From positions 1 through 60,265 of the forward strand of contig NW_021832542.1 of assembly GCF_006345805.1 (NCBI RefSeq): 60,265 bases of DNA, given 5' to 3'. The stretch is from Octopus sinensis (Eukaryota). The notes beneath the pieces were generated by a model that was not told the DNA's origin, made no database searches, and was given only the letters and a program-made list of their open reading frames with translations. Of this stretch, positions 1-13,095 are shown piece after piece. Numbering within the stretch: the first letter of the stretch is position 1; each line of letters starts with the position of its first letter. The position numbers and the translations under genes were made by a program.

Positions 1-1028
1 CTGCTGTCATTGTTGTTTAGCCGTTGTTCAGTTCTTATCGGAAGCGTAAAAAATTAACAAGTTTTCTCAGGCGAAGTTGTGGCTTTGTGATATGAAGTTT
101 CCCAACCAGACGATTCCGAGTTCAGTCCCACTGTATAGCATTTAGGTAACGGTATTTTATTACATCTCTAGTTTTTCCAAAGCCTTGGAAGTGGATTTGG
201 TCGGCGGTAAGTGGAAGAAGGCTGTCGTGTATAATTTTACACACACACAAACACACAGCCACGTAGATAACATATATATATATATATATTGATCTATCTC
301 TTTCACTCTGTATACATACAAATATGCATATATGCATATATATATATATATATATATTATTATATATATATATATATTATATATATATATTATATATATA
401 TGTATATATATATATATCAATAATAATATAGGGTGAAATTAATTAATTTGGAATAATCATTAATTTCACCAAGTAGATTTCGGCATGTAAAAGCCCCCAT
501 TCAAGGAAGGTTTAAGTAATATTAAGTAATTAAGGGTTAGCAACGATTTGCCTCACCACACACCGAATTTAGAAATAGCAGTCAAAGAGTTATGGCTATT
601 CTTTCTACTTAAAATGGAGATCTCAGTAAAACCACATCACTTAAAAGGCAAACAACGCAGGCAAAAGAGAAAGAAATGACGACAATCATTCTATATTAAG
701 TCACGGTGTGTGGTGAGGCAAATCGTTGCTAAACCCTTAATTACTTAGTATATATATATATATATAGGAACGGATGGATCAAAACAGTTTGATTCAAATC
801 CGTTGGTACTCCTGAATTTCAAGCATGGTGCTAGTCGTTAGCCATTTTGAATTTGAATGTCACACACGAATTGGCCTCAAACGGTTTTGATCCATGCATG
901 TAACTCCCAATAAATTGGTTGAGAGCCCTTATTCCGTTTGACCATTCAGTCATATATATACATTTTAAAAATCGTTGGCGATCTTTTTCCCCCGTCTTCC
1001 TTTTCTCTTGGACTTTACTCTGCCGCTT

Positions 1029-1063
1029 GTTTCTGAAGAAGAGCTTTGCTCGAAACGTATAAC
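1029..1063 (+). ncRNA. Minimal hammerhead-like motif with an extra A after the core; a decayed relative is at 36357-36391
   Basis: Reads GUUU-CUGAAGA-A-GAGC uuu GCUC-GAAA-CG-UA UAAC, with the first stem I pair mismatched. The 36357 copy has CUGACAA (G8 lost). Confidence 0.5.
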
Positions 1064-1340
1064 CACCTTGCTTTACTTCCCTGAGCGTCTGCTAATACTT
1101 TGCATGTACCACGTCCTGGCGTTGTTGCTTTTTCTTGTATTTGTTCTTCGTTTATTTTTGGTGGGATTTACTATATATATATATATATATATATAACAAA
1201 TATAAGAGAGTGGTCAATATATTGCTCACTCTAGCACCAGTTAATCCAAAAGGTTTCAACCACGAAGATACATGTTTCCCATGAAAGCCAGTACGACTGT
1301 TAGCTCACACGGACAGGGCAAGTAAAAAATAACAAAAATA

Positions 1341-1436
1341 CAGATTATTTTGGGACAATTGTTTCGCTATTAATGAATTAAATGTAATATTACTTACAAA
1401 AAAATCCATTTGTAGCTCGTCAGCCAAGACTATCTG
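1341..1436 (-). ncRNA. Type I hammerhead ribozyme motif (Penelope-like), sense to the nAChR pre-mRNA
   Basis: Reads CAGAUAGUCUUGG-CUGACGA-GCUA...UAGC-GAAA-C AAUU G-UC^CCAAAAUAAUCUG. Stem I has 13 positions with 2 mismatches. Predicted cleavage between 1354 and 1353. Confidence 0.85.
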
Positions 1437-1669
1437 GATGAAATCCACTCAATCACACGCCAGATTTTTACCATAACGATAAATACGCGTGTGGTTCAAT
1501 TGATTACATCCGACGTTATAATTCAAATGCCCCAACCAACAGCGCGCCAAACTTTCACGGAAAACAGATACAGCATTTAGAAATAAATGCAGCATAATTA
1601 TAATTAAGGCCACTTGGTGTTGAATAAATATACTATTAAATTAGTATCTAATTCTCTCACCCTTATTAA

Positions 1670-1758
<89 letters not shown>

Positions 1759-2149
1759 CTATTATAGGCACAAGGCCTGAAATTTAGTGGGGGAGGGGAT
1801 AAGTCGATTACATCAACCCCAGTGTTTCACTGGTACTCAATTTATCGACCCTGAAAGGATGGGATGGCAAAGTTGATCTCAGCGAACAGCAGTTGTGCGA
1901 ATAAACAAATTAGACACATCAAATATATTTAATATATTAGTTTGAAATGTATAAGTATACATGCAAAGCGAGAGAATGCAAAAAATGTGGAGACTTTAAG
2001 ATGATGAATTTTTAAGTATACATCTGTAGATATTCATATTAATTGCTTCAACCTACATAGAGAACAAACGAAAGAGAAAATTAAATGGGGGAAAGAGAGA
2101 TGTTATAAGTTCAACAGCTGTTTCTGAGGTCTCGGAGATACATAATAAT

Positions 2150-2690
2150 GTTGGTAAATGTAGTCCATTACAATATGCGACCGTAATGGATGCAATTAAT
2201 ATTAAATAAGTCGAGCCTCCGTATTCAGGATAGAGAAGATCTTGCATTTCAAAGATTGATAAGACAGCAGTATCACCTGCTGGTAAGTCATCTGAGACGG
2301 ACATATAATTAGTGGATGCTCAAAACTAGAACAAAACTAATACAGAAAAAAAGTCATGACGAAATAGCTGTGTGAATACACTGGGAGTTGTGAAAGAAGT
2401 ATCGGCTAGAATGTTCCAACAAGTAATATGAGCACTAACTTTTACCAGAAGCAGAGAATGGTCAAGTGAAGCTCATTTTGGATATGTCAATATGTAAAGA
2501 CAAAAGGCTGCAATATAACCGACCTGATATCTCTCTTCTACTAAAGGGAACCAAAGAATCGACTGCATCAATATAGCTGTACCTGCTGGCCAAAATATTG
2601 TTAAGACGGTGGACAAGAAAGTCGGGAAATATAAATACTTATGTTTGGAAGTGAGAATCGACCTCAGAGATGAACTGCTCGCAGGCTGAA
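2150..2690 (+). mobile_element. Degenerate R4/R2-like non-LTR element C-terminus (CCHC plus restriction-like endonuclease); related piece at about 13520-13660
   Basis: Broken frames read ...HIISGCSKL...HDEIA..IHWEL...YEH...NRPDI...IAVP...KYKYL. Confidence 0.65.
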
Positions 2691-2959
2691 TAAAAAGTAA
2701 ACAACGTTTGGAAACATTTGGAAAAACGGTTTGGAAAAAATTCCCACGGAGTACGTCGTTCATAAATCGCATTGGTTCATAAATAAAATCTTTAGATTCT
2801 ACAGTTCTTAATCCGTTATATAAGTCTTTAATAGTAGCTTGAAATTATATCGAGTGTAGACAACGAAATCACATAAGATCGCATACACCAAACAAAGGAG
2901 CAAGTTCAGTGCGTAAAATGGGAACAATCATGAGAAATTGCTTATCTCAGGCTGAGTAA

Positions 2960-3455
2960 AGAGTAAGCAACGTTTGGAAACATGAAATTCATCACAATAT
3001 ATTTCAACAATGCCGAAATTTTGTTCATCAAAGTAAGTAGCATTACAATCAGCACATTTTTATCAATGAGTTATAAGTTTGTTTATTCTGGTAACATAAA
3101 AATCTGGAGTTCTGGAGTTGATAAACTCTTTGAACGCACTTTTAGCATCAGTTTTATTTTTGAACTCCTTTTCTCCCAGGAGACCATCAAGGTACTTGAA
3201 AACGTGGTACACGGTAGGAGAAAGGTCCGGGAAACAAGCTGGGTGGGAAAGAACTGCGTTGCCAAATTCCGTCAGCTTCTGGAGCATCATTAGTGAAACG
3301 TATGGTCGAGTATTGCCATAAAGAATGATTGGCCCTCTTCTTTTGACCAGTCTGGGACGGAGGATTAGCAGTTTTTCGCTCATTTTGGCAATTTCATAGC
3401 AATATATTTCTGCAGTAATGGTTTTACTGGGTTTTAAATTCTTCAAATTCTTCAT
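2960..3455 (-). mobile_element. Mariner transposase C-terminal relic
   Basis: Contains IILYGNTRPYV...HPACFPDLSPTVYHVF...FY...INKL, a degenerate HDNARPH / YSPDLAP region. Confidence 0.85.
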
Positions 3456-3774
3456 ATTTCAAAACGTTACTTACTCAGCCTGATACTTATTTTATCGAAT
3501 CCAAAAGGGTAAAACAAAGTCGACCTCGGTGGAATTTGAACTCGGAACGTAAGGACGGACGAAATGCGACTAAGCATTTTGTCCGGCGTGCAAACGATTC
3601 TGCCAGCTCACTACCTTGATAATGATAATAACAGCAACAACAATAATAACCATGATGATGATGATGATGATGATTAGGATGTTGATATGGTTATGAAGAC
3701 GACGACGACGATAATGATGATGATGATGATGATGATAAAAGGATGCATATGAAAAATAGGTAAAAAGAATTTAC

Positions 3775-4229
3775 CTCAGCACGTTCATCTTCATCCTGCA
3801 TTCTGTTTGCAATATACTTGACCCCTTCAATGACCTCATGTATCTCGTGCGCATGTCGACTGGCCGTAGATTGAGCCGTCGCCATGTCTTGATCGTCGAT
3901 ATGCAACGTATGAGGCCGATGGTGCCGGAGGCGCCGCAAGCGGTTAGCAGTCGACGGGGCTGGCATATTCTTGAAACGAGACCAGTGACGGGCTACGGTG
4001 TACGTTTCACGGACTTCGACTCCGCTGCACGTTCGAACCGCGACTTGAGATTTGCACCGCGACTGGGGACGTTTTAACAGTAGAATTTTGGGAAGAATTT
4101 CCGTGAATATTCGACGCACCCAAGGTCTCATTTTGTGTGTGGTTGGAGCTCTGTAGTTCATGTGCAGCGTGAATACGGTCATGAATATTGACATAGCGAC
4201 TACAATCATTGTAAACATTAGATATTTTC
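3775..4229 (-). CDS. nAChR alpha subunit exon: TM3 and M3-M4 intracellular loop, ending ...MQDEDERAE
   Basis: Lies within ORF 3691..4248 (GKYLMFTMIVV...HKMRPWVRRIF...EGVKYIA). Acceptor tttacag at 4231-4230, donor GAG|gtaaat at 3774. The phase matches the previous exon (G+GA = Gly). No TM4 exon was found in 1-3774. Confidence 0.97.
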
Positions 4230-4469
4230 CTGTAAAAAAGAAAAGCAAAAAACAAAGAAAAATTAGAGAAACAGAATAAATGGAATTATATCAGACAATG
4301 AGAGTAAGGAAGGAAGGAAGGAAATATGAAGAACTGAAGAGAATGGTTCAGTTATAAAAAGGGGAATTCACTTTGTAGATGTATAGATGTATAGATGTAT
4401 AGATGAATCACAATAGTTTAATTTCTCGAAGGGTTTAGATTAACTGCAACGTCGTATTGTTGTATAATA

Positions 4470-4577
<108 letters not shown>

Positions 4578-4962
4578 TATATAGTCAGTCCCACTGCGTG
4601 GCATCTTGGGCAAGTGTCTTCTGCTATAGCCCCGGACCGACCAATGCCTTGTGAGTGGATTTGGTAGACGGAAACTGAAAGAAGCCTGTCGTATATATGT
4701 ATATATATATGTGTGTGTTTGTGTGTCTGTGTTTGTCCCCCTAGCATTGCTTGAAAACCGATGCTGGTGTGTTTATGTATATACATATATGTGCGTGTGT
4801 CTGTACGTTGATTTTCTCGTATTTTTTGCACCGCCAACATGTACGCGTATATGTACGTATGTATGTATGTACGTATGTATGTATGATTGTATGTATACAT
4901 GTCATGTATGTGTGTGTGTATGTATCAATCACTCAATGAATCAATCAATCTCTCTCTGATGC

Positions 4963-5020
<58 letters not shown>

Positions 5021-5086
5021 TATATATATTTATACTAATATAAATCATATATAAATATATATGCATACATTCACATACATATGTAC

Positions 5087-5137
<51 letters not shown>

Positions 5138-5699
5138 CAGACAGACATATTCATATGCTTGTGTATGTGTATATAAAAATTTATATATGTATACACAGAC
5201 TACATTTACATATGCATGTAGTTCGACAAAGCATGGCTTGAGTCAAGAACCACTCCACTGAACGATGGGGTTGAATTGAAGGAGGGGCAGGTTTATCTGT
5301 TGTACAAGATTCCTGGTTAAACCCATCGCTGCAGTTTTTATGTCGTGATGGAGAACATCGTTGCGCCAAATGGAGACGCACAGATTAAATCTTCGTATCG
5401 GTCGTCTGCTAGTAAAGGCTATTGCTATCCAAGTATAACATTAATATCAATAATTAATCAATTCTAGGTATTAGGATGCTTATTCTGGCAGAAAACGCAA
5501 GACAGCTGAGTGTCCTAAACGATGGAAATATGTTCTGGAACTGGATAAAATCTTATCTTGGAAGATTGCGTATGATTTTGGTTTTCTATTTGCTAAGAAT
5601 CGACGTGGTCGATAAAGTCAGCTTTTGTTAGGAAACCGCTGTAGAAAACTCGTAGCTCATATAGATGCACAATATACTGCCGTATAGATATAAAAGGTG

Positions 5700-5960
5700 A
5701 AGGCGCATGGCTCAAAGGGTAGGGTATTCGGCTCACAGTCGGAAGGTCATGAGTTCGATTCCCGGCAGCGCGTTGTGTCCTTGAGCAAAGCACTTCATTT
5801 CGTGTTGCTGCAGTCCACTCAGCTAGTAAAAATGAGTTGTACCTGTAGTTAAATGGGCCGGCGTTGCCACGTTCTGTGACACGCTGAATCTTCTTGCGAA
5901 TTATGTTAAGGTTACGCTTTTCTGTGGAATGCTAAGCCACTTACACGTCAACATTACGAG
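5700..5960 (+). mobile_element. tRNA-derived SINE family C; other copies at about 15650-15925 and 47240-47475 (-)
   Basis: Shared GCGCATGGCTC...GAGTTCGATTCCCGG...GTGTCCTTGAGCAA head and body. Confidence 0.8.
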
Positions 5961-6003
5961 CAACTGGAACGACTCTTCGTCGTAGCCGACGGAGTGCCAG
6001 TAA

Positions 6004-6387
6004 TCTCTCTCTATATAAACGGCAGTTTGTCTGTGCGTGTTTCTGTGTGTCTGTTTGCTTGTACCCTCACCCTGACCACGGCTTTCAACCGAATCTGATA
6101 AAACTTGACACACACATAGCCCAATGTCATAATTCAAAACTAACGCAGCGAAAATTTTGAAAAGTTCCCCCAGTTCTGAAAAAAATCGATAAATTCGACA
6201 TGGGGTCGAGAATCAGAAACACAAACCACAAAATGTCTAGGGGACGCAACTCCACCTTTTTTAACTCTCAAAACAAATTTACCATCATTTTTTTCCATTT
6301 TTTTGCTATTTTTTGGCTATAACTCTCTAAAAATGCTTTATAGTTATTTCCCTTACAAACCTGAGCAACGCCGGGCGATACTGCTAG
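6004..6387 (+). mobile_element. Non-autonomous Helitron-like element
   Basis: A|TC 5' end, CTAG|T 3' end with a GC-rich subterminal segment, and an internal CTGT-rich tract. Its 3' ~110 nt are shared with 26574-26969. Confidence 0.6.
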
Positions 6388-7063
6388 TAAGACATAAAAG
6401 GCATAATTTCTGTTCCTTTGTGATGTATTTACGGGACGCTATAGTAACCTATGTCGTGGGCGAAAGCAAGACTGAACCGTTACGACGATGGCTTTGCAAC
6501 CATAAGTTTCTGAGATGGATTCATCTTCGTGATATCTAGCGTGACTTGACGGTAGCCTCGGTTTAATCCAAGCCTTATAGGGGAGAATCGTTAAATCTGT
6601 GATTCAAATATCCGCCCTTGTCAATTTATGTCATGCTGATGTGAATGCGCACAATTCGTGGTTGGATTGTGTGTCTGTGTGGCTGACTGTGTCTGTGTGC
6701 ATGCGTGTGTGTTTGCAAGCCTGTATTTGTCTCCCACCAAACGGTGTTACAATCGTAAAATATCGATTCGGTAAAAGAGATCGATTGAATAAGTATTAGA
6801 CATTCAAAATTTGAAAACAATAAACAAGTATTGGGGTTGATTCAAGAGAAAAGAATAAAATCCTTGAAGGCGGTGCCCCAGTTTGGCCAGTCTACAGACT
6901 GAAACAAGTAAAAGATAAAATAAAACACATATGTATTAATATGCAGCAATGTTTGTGTGCACATATTTCGTACAGACACGAAGCGTATAATGTTTCAGCC
7001 AGTGATTTTATTTGTATTTCTGTTTATGTGAGTATAAAGTAGCAACTGTTTACAATAGATATA

Positions 7064-7641
7064 CAGAGTGTCCATAAAGTCTCTTTACAATGTAAAAAAA
7101 TTATTACAAAGGCAGTTGATGAGATATTTTAACCAGATTTGTTTTATTTTAATAACTGTTTATTAAAGGTTTTGGTGATATTAAACTTTTGTGTTTCAGA
7201 TACTTTGTTAATGGAAGGGAACTGATTCACTGAATCAGTTCGTCAATCAAACATTTCCAAACCGATGGATTGAAAGGGATGGGCCAATTCCATGGTCACG
7301 GCTTTCGCTAGATATCACTCCATTGAACCTCTTTTTATGGGGTTATATAAAAGATATAGTGTATCAAACAAAGATACGGGACATTGCTGACTTGAAGCAA
7401 ATGATTCGTAATGCCATTGCCACCATTGATGAGGCTATCCTACAGCGAACATCGCAAGAAATCGAGTACCGTCTTGATGTGCTTCGCGCAACTAATGGTG
7501 CCCATATTGAGGTCTATTAAATAACAGTGAAAAAAACTTTAATAAACAATTATTACAATAAAACAAATCTGGATAAGATATCTTGTCAACTGCCTTTGTA
7601 ATAAAATTTTAAAATTGTAAAGAGACTTTATGGGCACCCTG
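7064..7641 (+). mobile_element. Internally deleted Tc1/mariner-superfamily element
   Basis: About 90-bp imperfect TIRs (CAG(A/G)GTG(T/C)CCATAAAGTC...), TA target-site duplication on both sides, and an internal FLWGYIKD...GAHIE transposase tail. Confidence 0.9.
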
Positions 7642-7681
7642 TATATTTTAGTATGTAATTCAACATATATTGTATACGTAC

Positions 7682-8262
7682 CTATAAGTGGAACAACCAG
7701 TGAGGTTGGCGGGTTTATATCTGACAATAACAGAAAAAATACAGTAAGTGCTAGCAATATCGAAATAGACAGAGTAATTTTTTCACCGCTGTCTGAAGGC
7801 AAATAGAAAACTAAAACAGTGAGACAGGAGATGGAAATGCAGGGCATTATTAAGTTCAATGTATAAAAGAGCGTGCGCCTGCGCAGTGTAACGTTGAACA
7901 TAATATCCGGATAGGGTTCTATGCAGCATCCATAGAACTTCTCCTTTCGTCTCGCAGTTACATTGATAATGTCCCATTCTACGTTGGGATAGTAGTCCTT
8001 CAAGTCAATTCCTCGTTTGATTACCACTTCTCCAGTAGCGGTAGTAATGCCCTTTTCCATGCAAAAATGCTGAAGGTCCACTTGGTTTCCATCGTAGGTC
8101 CACGATCCAAACTTCATAAAGCACTGCTGCATATCAAACGGGAAAAACTCGACGTCAATAGGACAGTAACTCTTATAAATAGCTGGAGGTTCCCAGACGA
8201 TTCGGCCATCGAAGTGGACGGTGGCCTTTGTCATTAGGGTCACTACGAATTCACCGTCGGCA
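7682..8262 (-). CDS. nAChR alpha subunit exon: Cys-loop, loops B/F/C, TM1, TM2, M2-M3 linker
   Basis: Lies within ORF 7539..8456. Motifs: [15 protein letters not shown] Cys-loop, FGSWTYDG, vicinal YGCC (alpha type), SDSGEK (cation-type). Acceptor ttgcag at 8268-8263, donor G|gtacgt at 7681. Confidence 0.98.
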
Positions 8263-8401
8263 CTGCAATGAGAAGAAAGGAAAATGAAATAGAAAATGCA
8301 TAACAGACAAAACTTTTGATGGGTTCTAAATGCCGAGCAAACCATGTTGCAAATGGAAGGAAACGTAGAAGGAAGCGCATGCGTGGTGCGTGCTAAGAAG
8401 T

Positions 8402-8999
8402 TTGCATCCCTATCACGTGGTTTCCGCTTCATTCCACTACATAGAACCTTGGGCAAGTGTTTTTACTATAGCTATAGGCCAACAAATATTTCTGAGTGGA
8501 TTTGGTAGACGGACAATGAAGGAAACTCGTCATATACATACATACACACATAGATACATGCAAACATGTATACATAAATATACACGCACATATATACTTA
8601 CATATATGCATACATAAATACACACATACAGTTCAACCAGCACACTAACACAATAATATAGCACGAATAGGCTAAACTATCCATATTTTGCAGAAAAATA
8701 TGTCGGCGGCCAGCCATGAGACTCGAACTCACATCCTTGTGATTATGCGTTAAGTGCTTTACCACGAAACTAAACCGCCCCAACGACAAATTCTTTTGCA
8801 AATTTAGTATATATAAATCTAGTTTTATAAGACGCTATCGTACGTTAAATTCATCTTGTGTTGAAAGTCAACAAACGCTGCTTTAGAAACGTTGAGATGT
8901 ATTTCTCAGAAATATTTGTTGGCCTATAGCTATAGTAAAAACACTTGCCCAAGGTTCTATGTAGTGGAATGAAGCGGAAACCACGTGATAGGGATGCAA
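8402..8999. repeat. Perfect 95-bp inverted duplication (8402-8496 / 8905-8999) of a diverged SINE segment
   Basis: Base-by-base reverse-complement identity. Confidence 0.93.
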
Positions 9000-9200
9000 C
9001 ATAACTTTCGCAAACCAGGAGGAGTTCGAAACTGACATTTCAGAGTTCTTCGTTTTGAAACCTAAAGAGTTTTACATTGATGGGATTTAAAAGCTTGTAA
9101 ATAGTTGGAAGGAAGTCATAGATAATCAGAGAATGTACATTGATGATTAAATGTCAATTAAATATAACATTTGATCACTTGTTTTCTTTATTCAAAATTC
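9000..9200 (+). mobile_element. Mariner 3' fragment
   Basis: Reads ...FYIDGI*KLVNSWKEVIDN...YIDD*. Boundaries approximate. Confidence 0.6.
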
Positions 9201-9226
9201 GGACAGAACTTATGGAATGACCTGCT

Positions 9227-9279
<53 letters not shown>

Positions 9280-9999
9280 AATAATAAATATTAGGGAATA
9301 AATCCAAACTTACAGGGAAAAATCAGATTTAGGATCGAATCCAATTTTATAGTAAAATATTATATTATATTAAATTAGAGATAAAGCCACTATTAGGCAA
9401 ATCATACAATGAAAAACTTAAGCCAATACATAAGAGTTCATTGATTAAACCTTGCAAAGTTAAATATTTAAACCACCTGATGAATGACTGTAACTCGAAA
9501 GTTTAAAGAAATTAACAGCCATGAAACGAGCGTAGTGTTATATTAATTATATTTTTTTAATAATTTTGTTATATATTTAAATAATATAAATCAAATAATC
9601 TTATGTATTGGCTTAAGTTTTTCATTGTATGATTTGCCTAATAGTGGTTTTATCTCTAATTTAATATAATATATATATATATATATATATAACTTACTAA
9701 AAGTCAAAGGACATACGTACGTATATTATTTAAAACAATTTGATTAAGCTCGATGCGACGCATGTTTCTAACGAAACATATAGTCACATTAAGGCTGGAA
9801 CTGGCCGAGGTGGGTCACATGGTGTTTTAGAGGTGAACTCGGCAAATCAGGGACATCAGATATATTAGAAAGGAAAGTTTCTACTGGAAGCACAAGATGG
9901 CTACTGGAAAATGGACTGCTAGTGTTCAAGGAGAGTCACATGTTGTTGTTAGGGGTAACAACAACAACAACAATAATCATCATAATAATAATGGTTTCA

Positions 10000-10057
<58 letters not shown>

Positions 10058-10357
10058 GTAATAATAATAGTTATAATAACAACAACAATAATATTAATAA
10101 TAATTCTGTCCATTTTTACGTTCTACGCACAAATTCATCCGAAATCAACTTTAGCTTTTACTTTTCGTCACCAATGAAAGAGGTACCAGTGGAACACTGG
10201 AGTCCATACCATTGACTATCCCGTCCCCGAAATTGCTAGCTTTGTGCCAGAATTTGAAACTTGTTATTATTGTTGTTGTTGTTGTAGTTCTGCTTCTTCT
10301 CCTCTCCTCGTTCTTCTCTTACTCAAATCATCATCATCATCATCATCATGATTGTTA

Positions 10358-10430
<73 letters not shown>

Positions 10431-10894
10431 GTTATTGTTATTGTTGGTCTTGTTGTTATTATTATTATTAACTCCAATTATATTCTATTAATTTGAAGAT
10501 TATTACCATGTCTCTTATTTGACGGTAGATACCCAATAAGTTAACACTGTATTTCAAAGCCTGCTAAGTTACTTCCGGTGACCGGAAGTTATAGTTATTT
10601 GTCGTTAGTTACACCACACAGCCATGCTGGCGTCTTGCATTAATTAAAGATACAACATCACTACTAATGATGTTAAAAATACTTTAAGGGTTAAGTCATG
10701 TGGCCCCGTTCATATCATTGGTATGCACGTTTGAATGTAGGAATCTCTATTAATTCCTACGTCTCCTAAATTCTGTTTCGCCAAATAAATTCATGTATAT
10801 AATTATTGTCATGTTGGCTTCTTAACACATTCTCGTCTGCTTCGTACTGTTTGTCTATTTGTCTATTTGTCTATCAAACTATCTGTCTATCTAT

Positions 10895-10904
10895 CAATCA
10901 ATCA

Positions 10905-10965
<61 letters not shown>

Positions 10966-11119
10966 CCTACCGACCTACCTACCTACCTACCTACCTACCT
11001 ACCTACCTACCTACCTACCTACCTACCTACCTACCAACCTATATATCTACCTACCTATCTACCTACCTATATATCTATTTATATATCTATGTATCTATGT
11101 ATCTATGTATCTATCTATG

Positions 11120-11156
<37 letters not shown>

Positions 11157-11853
11157 GTCTGTCTGTCTGTCTGTCTGTTGTCTGTCTGGCCATCGATCTA
11201 TGCACAAATAAATTGCACAGGCATAGAAATATATTCATGTATTGATATGCATATGTATATAATCATACACAAAAATACATATATATATACATACACGCGC
11301 ACACACGCACACACACACACATATATATATATAAACGTACATACATACATACGCATGCACACACACATATACAGACTCATAGATATATATATTATATATG
11401 TACGCATGCAAATATGTACATTTAATTGATTTATGTTTGTAATCCTTTATGTGCGCGTTTACAAGGCTGCCTATGTCTGTGTTTGTGTGCATTCCTGTAT
11501 ATGTGAGTATGTGTGTGTGTGTTTGTGTGCATTCGTGTATGTGTGTGTGTATATTTATATGCGTGTATGTGCGTGATTGCGTATTCTTTCTATTGTCGTC
11601 TAGATGCAGTTTCGTTTTCAGGCAGCACCATTTTAAAGGATTCAACGAATGGAAGAATCCATTTTCTGATGCCCAATTATTTATTCAATTTTATTTAAAA
11701 GTTTGTTTTCTGTAAAGATTCAAATCTGCGTGAAATATGGCCGAATAAAGCATAAAAGGAGTAAGAAAGACGGATGACTATTGACACTCTACACATGCGT
11801 AGACAATTTTCCGATCGATGCTTATATACGTGTGTAGAAATGTGTGTGGGTGC

Positions 11854-11913
<60 letters not shown>

Positions 11914-11915
11914 GT

Positions 11916-11947
<32 letters not shown>

Positions 11948-11993
11948 TTCTATATATATATAAATGTGTGTGTATAAGTATGTATTTATATAC

Positions 11994-12080
<87 letters not shown>

Positions 12081-12180
12081 CATATATGTATATGTATATA
12101 TATGTGCAGATATATGTATATGTATATGTATACATGTGTATATGTTGCATGCACAGATAACATATATGTACATATCTATA

Positions 12181-12257
<77 letters not shown>

Positions 12258-12313
12258 TTGTATACACTTCTATACATAGATGCATACTCTCATACACATG
12301 CACACATACATAG

Positions 12314-12353
<40 letters not shown>

Positions 12354-12360
12354 TCATATG
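10895..12360. repeat. Compound microsatellite field (TATC, TACC, TGTC, TA, TG); similar fields at about 14015-14225, 24545-24830, 28330-28560 and many other sites
   Basis: Direct reading. These tracts account for most of the IYIY/YLSI ORFs in the track. Confidence 0.95.
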
Positions 12361-13095
12361 AAACTGAAACAAATAAATGAAAATATCAGTATCAGATATA
12401 TATATATATGCAAGTACATACAAGTACATACAAGTGTGTGTGTGTATTTGTGCGTGCGTATATATGTATGTAAATGTATATTACACACACACACTCATGT
12501 GCACACATACATACATACACACATGCACACGCACACGCGCTGATACGTATTTGAATAAAGAATTGCGAATTTGTAACTCAATATAAATTTATTTACCATA
12601 TGTAAATTCCCAAGTGGAGGGTGAAGCGGAAACATGCAAGAAGGAGAAAAAGGGCAACGTCTACGCCTGAATGGTAAATTCTTGGAAACGTCTGTCAATA
12701 CGATTTTTGAATCGGCTGGTAAAACAGAAGACACAACCTTGCAATGTAAATTATAATCCCATTAAATTAGCATGATAATAAATGTCCATTGTTAATTCCA
12801 TTGCGACGAGTGGGGTCGTAGCATGCCCTTGTGTGTATGTATATGCCTTTTGGGTGGTGGGAACAACGTTTTTGAAATACAGGGTGATCGTGATTGGGGT
12901 GTGTTCTCTCCATCTCTATGTAACTAACACGTTACTTCGATGAGATATTTACATACACATAGTTTCTTACATATCTGAATGCATGCATGTCCCACTGAAG
13001 ATCTCAATAAAATGTAAGCACAAAAGAATTGGTATAATGATTTGGGATAGAGAAAAGAAACTGTGCAGAGTGGTGTAAATTAGCTGCCCAGCGAA

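Noticed and set aside
7539-8456. The 305-aa ORF as a complete single-exon gene
   Set aside because: Only 8262-7682 is exonic. The flanks are intron, SINE and Tc1 sequence, and the splice sites and phases match the neighbouring exons.
8705-8781. A tRNA-like sequence on the minus strand (also about 37690-37750 and 51510-51580)
   Set aside because: Acceptor and arm pairing is broken, so these are SINE heads or pseudogenes rather than functional tRNAs.
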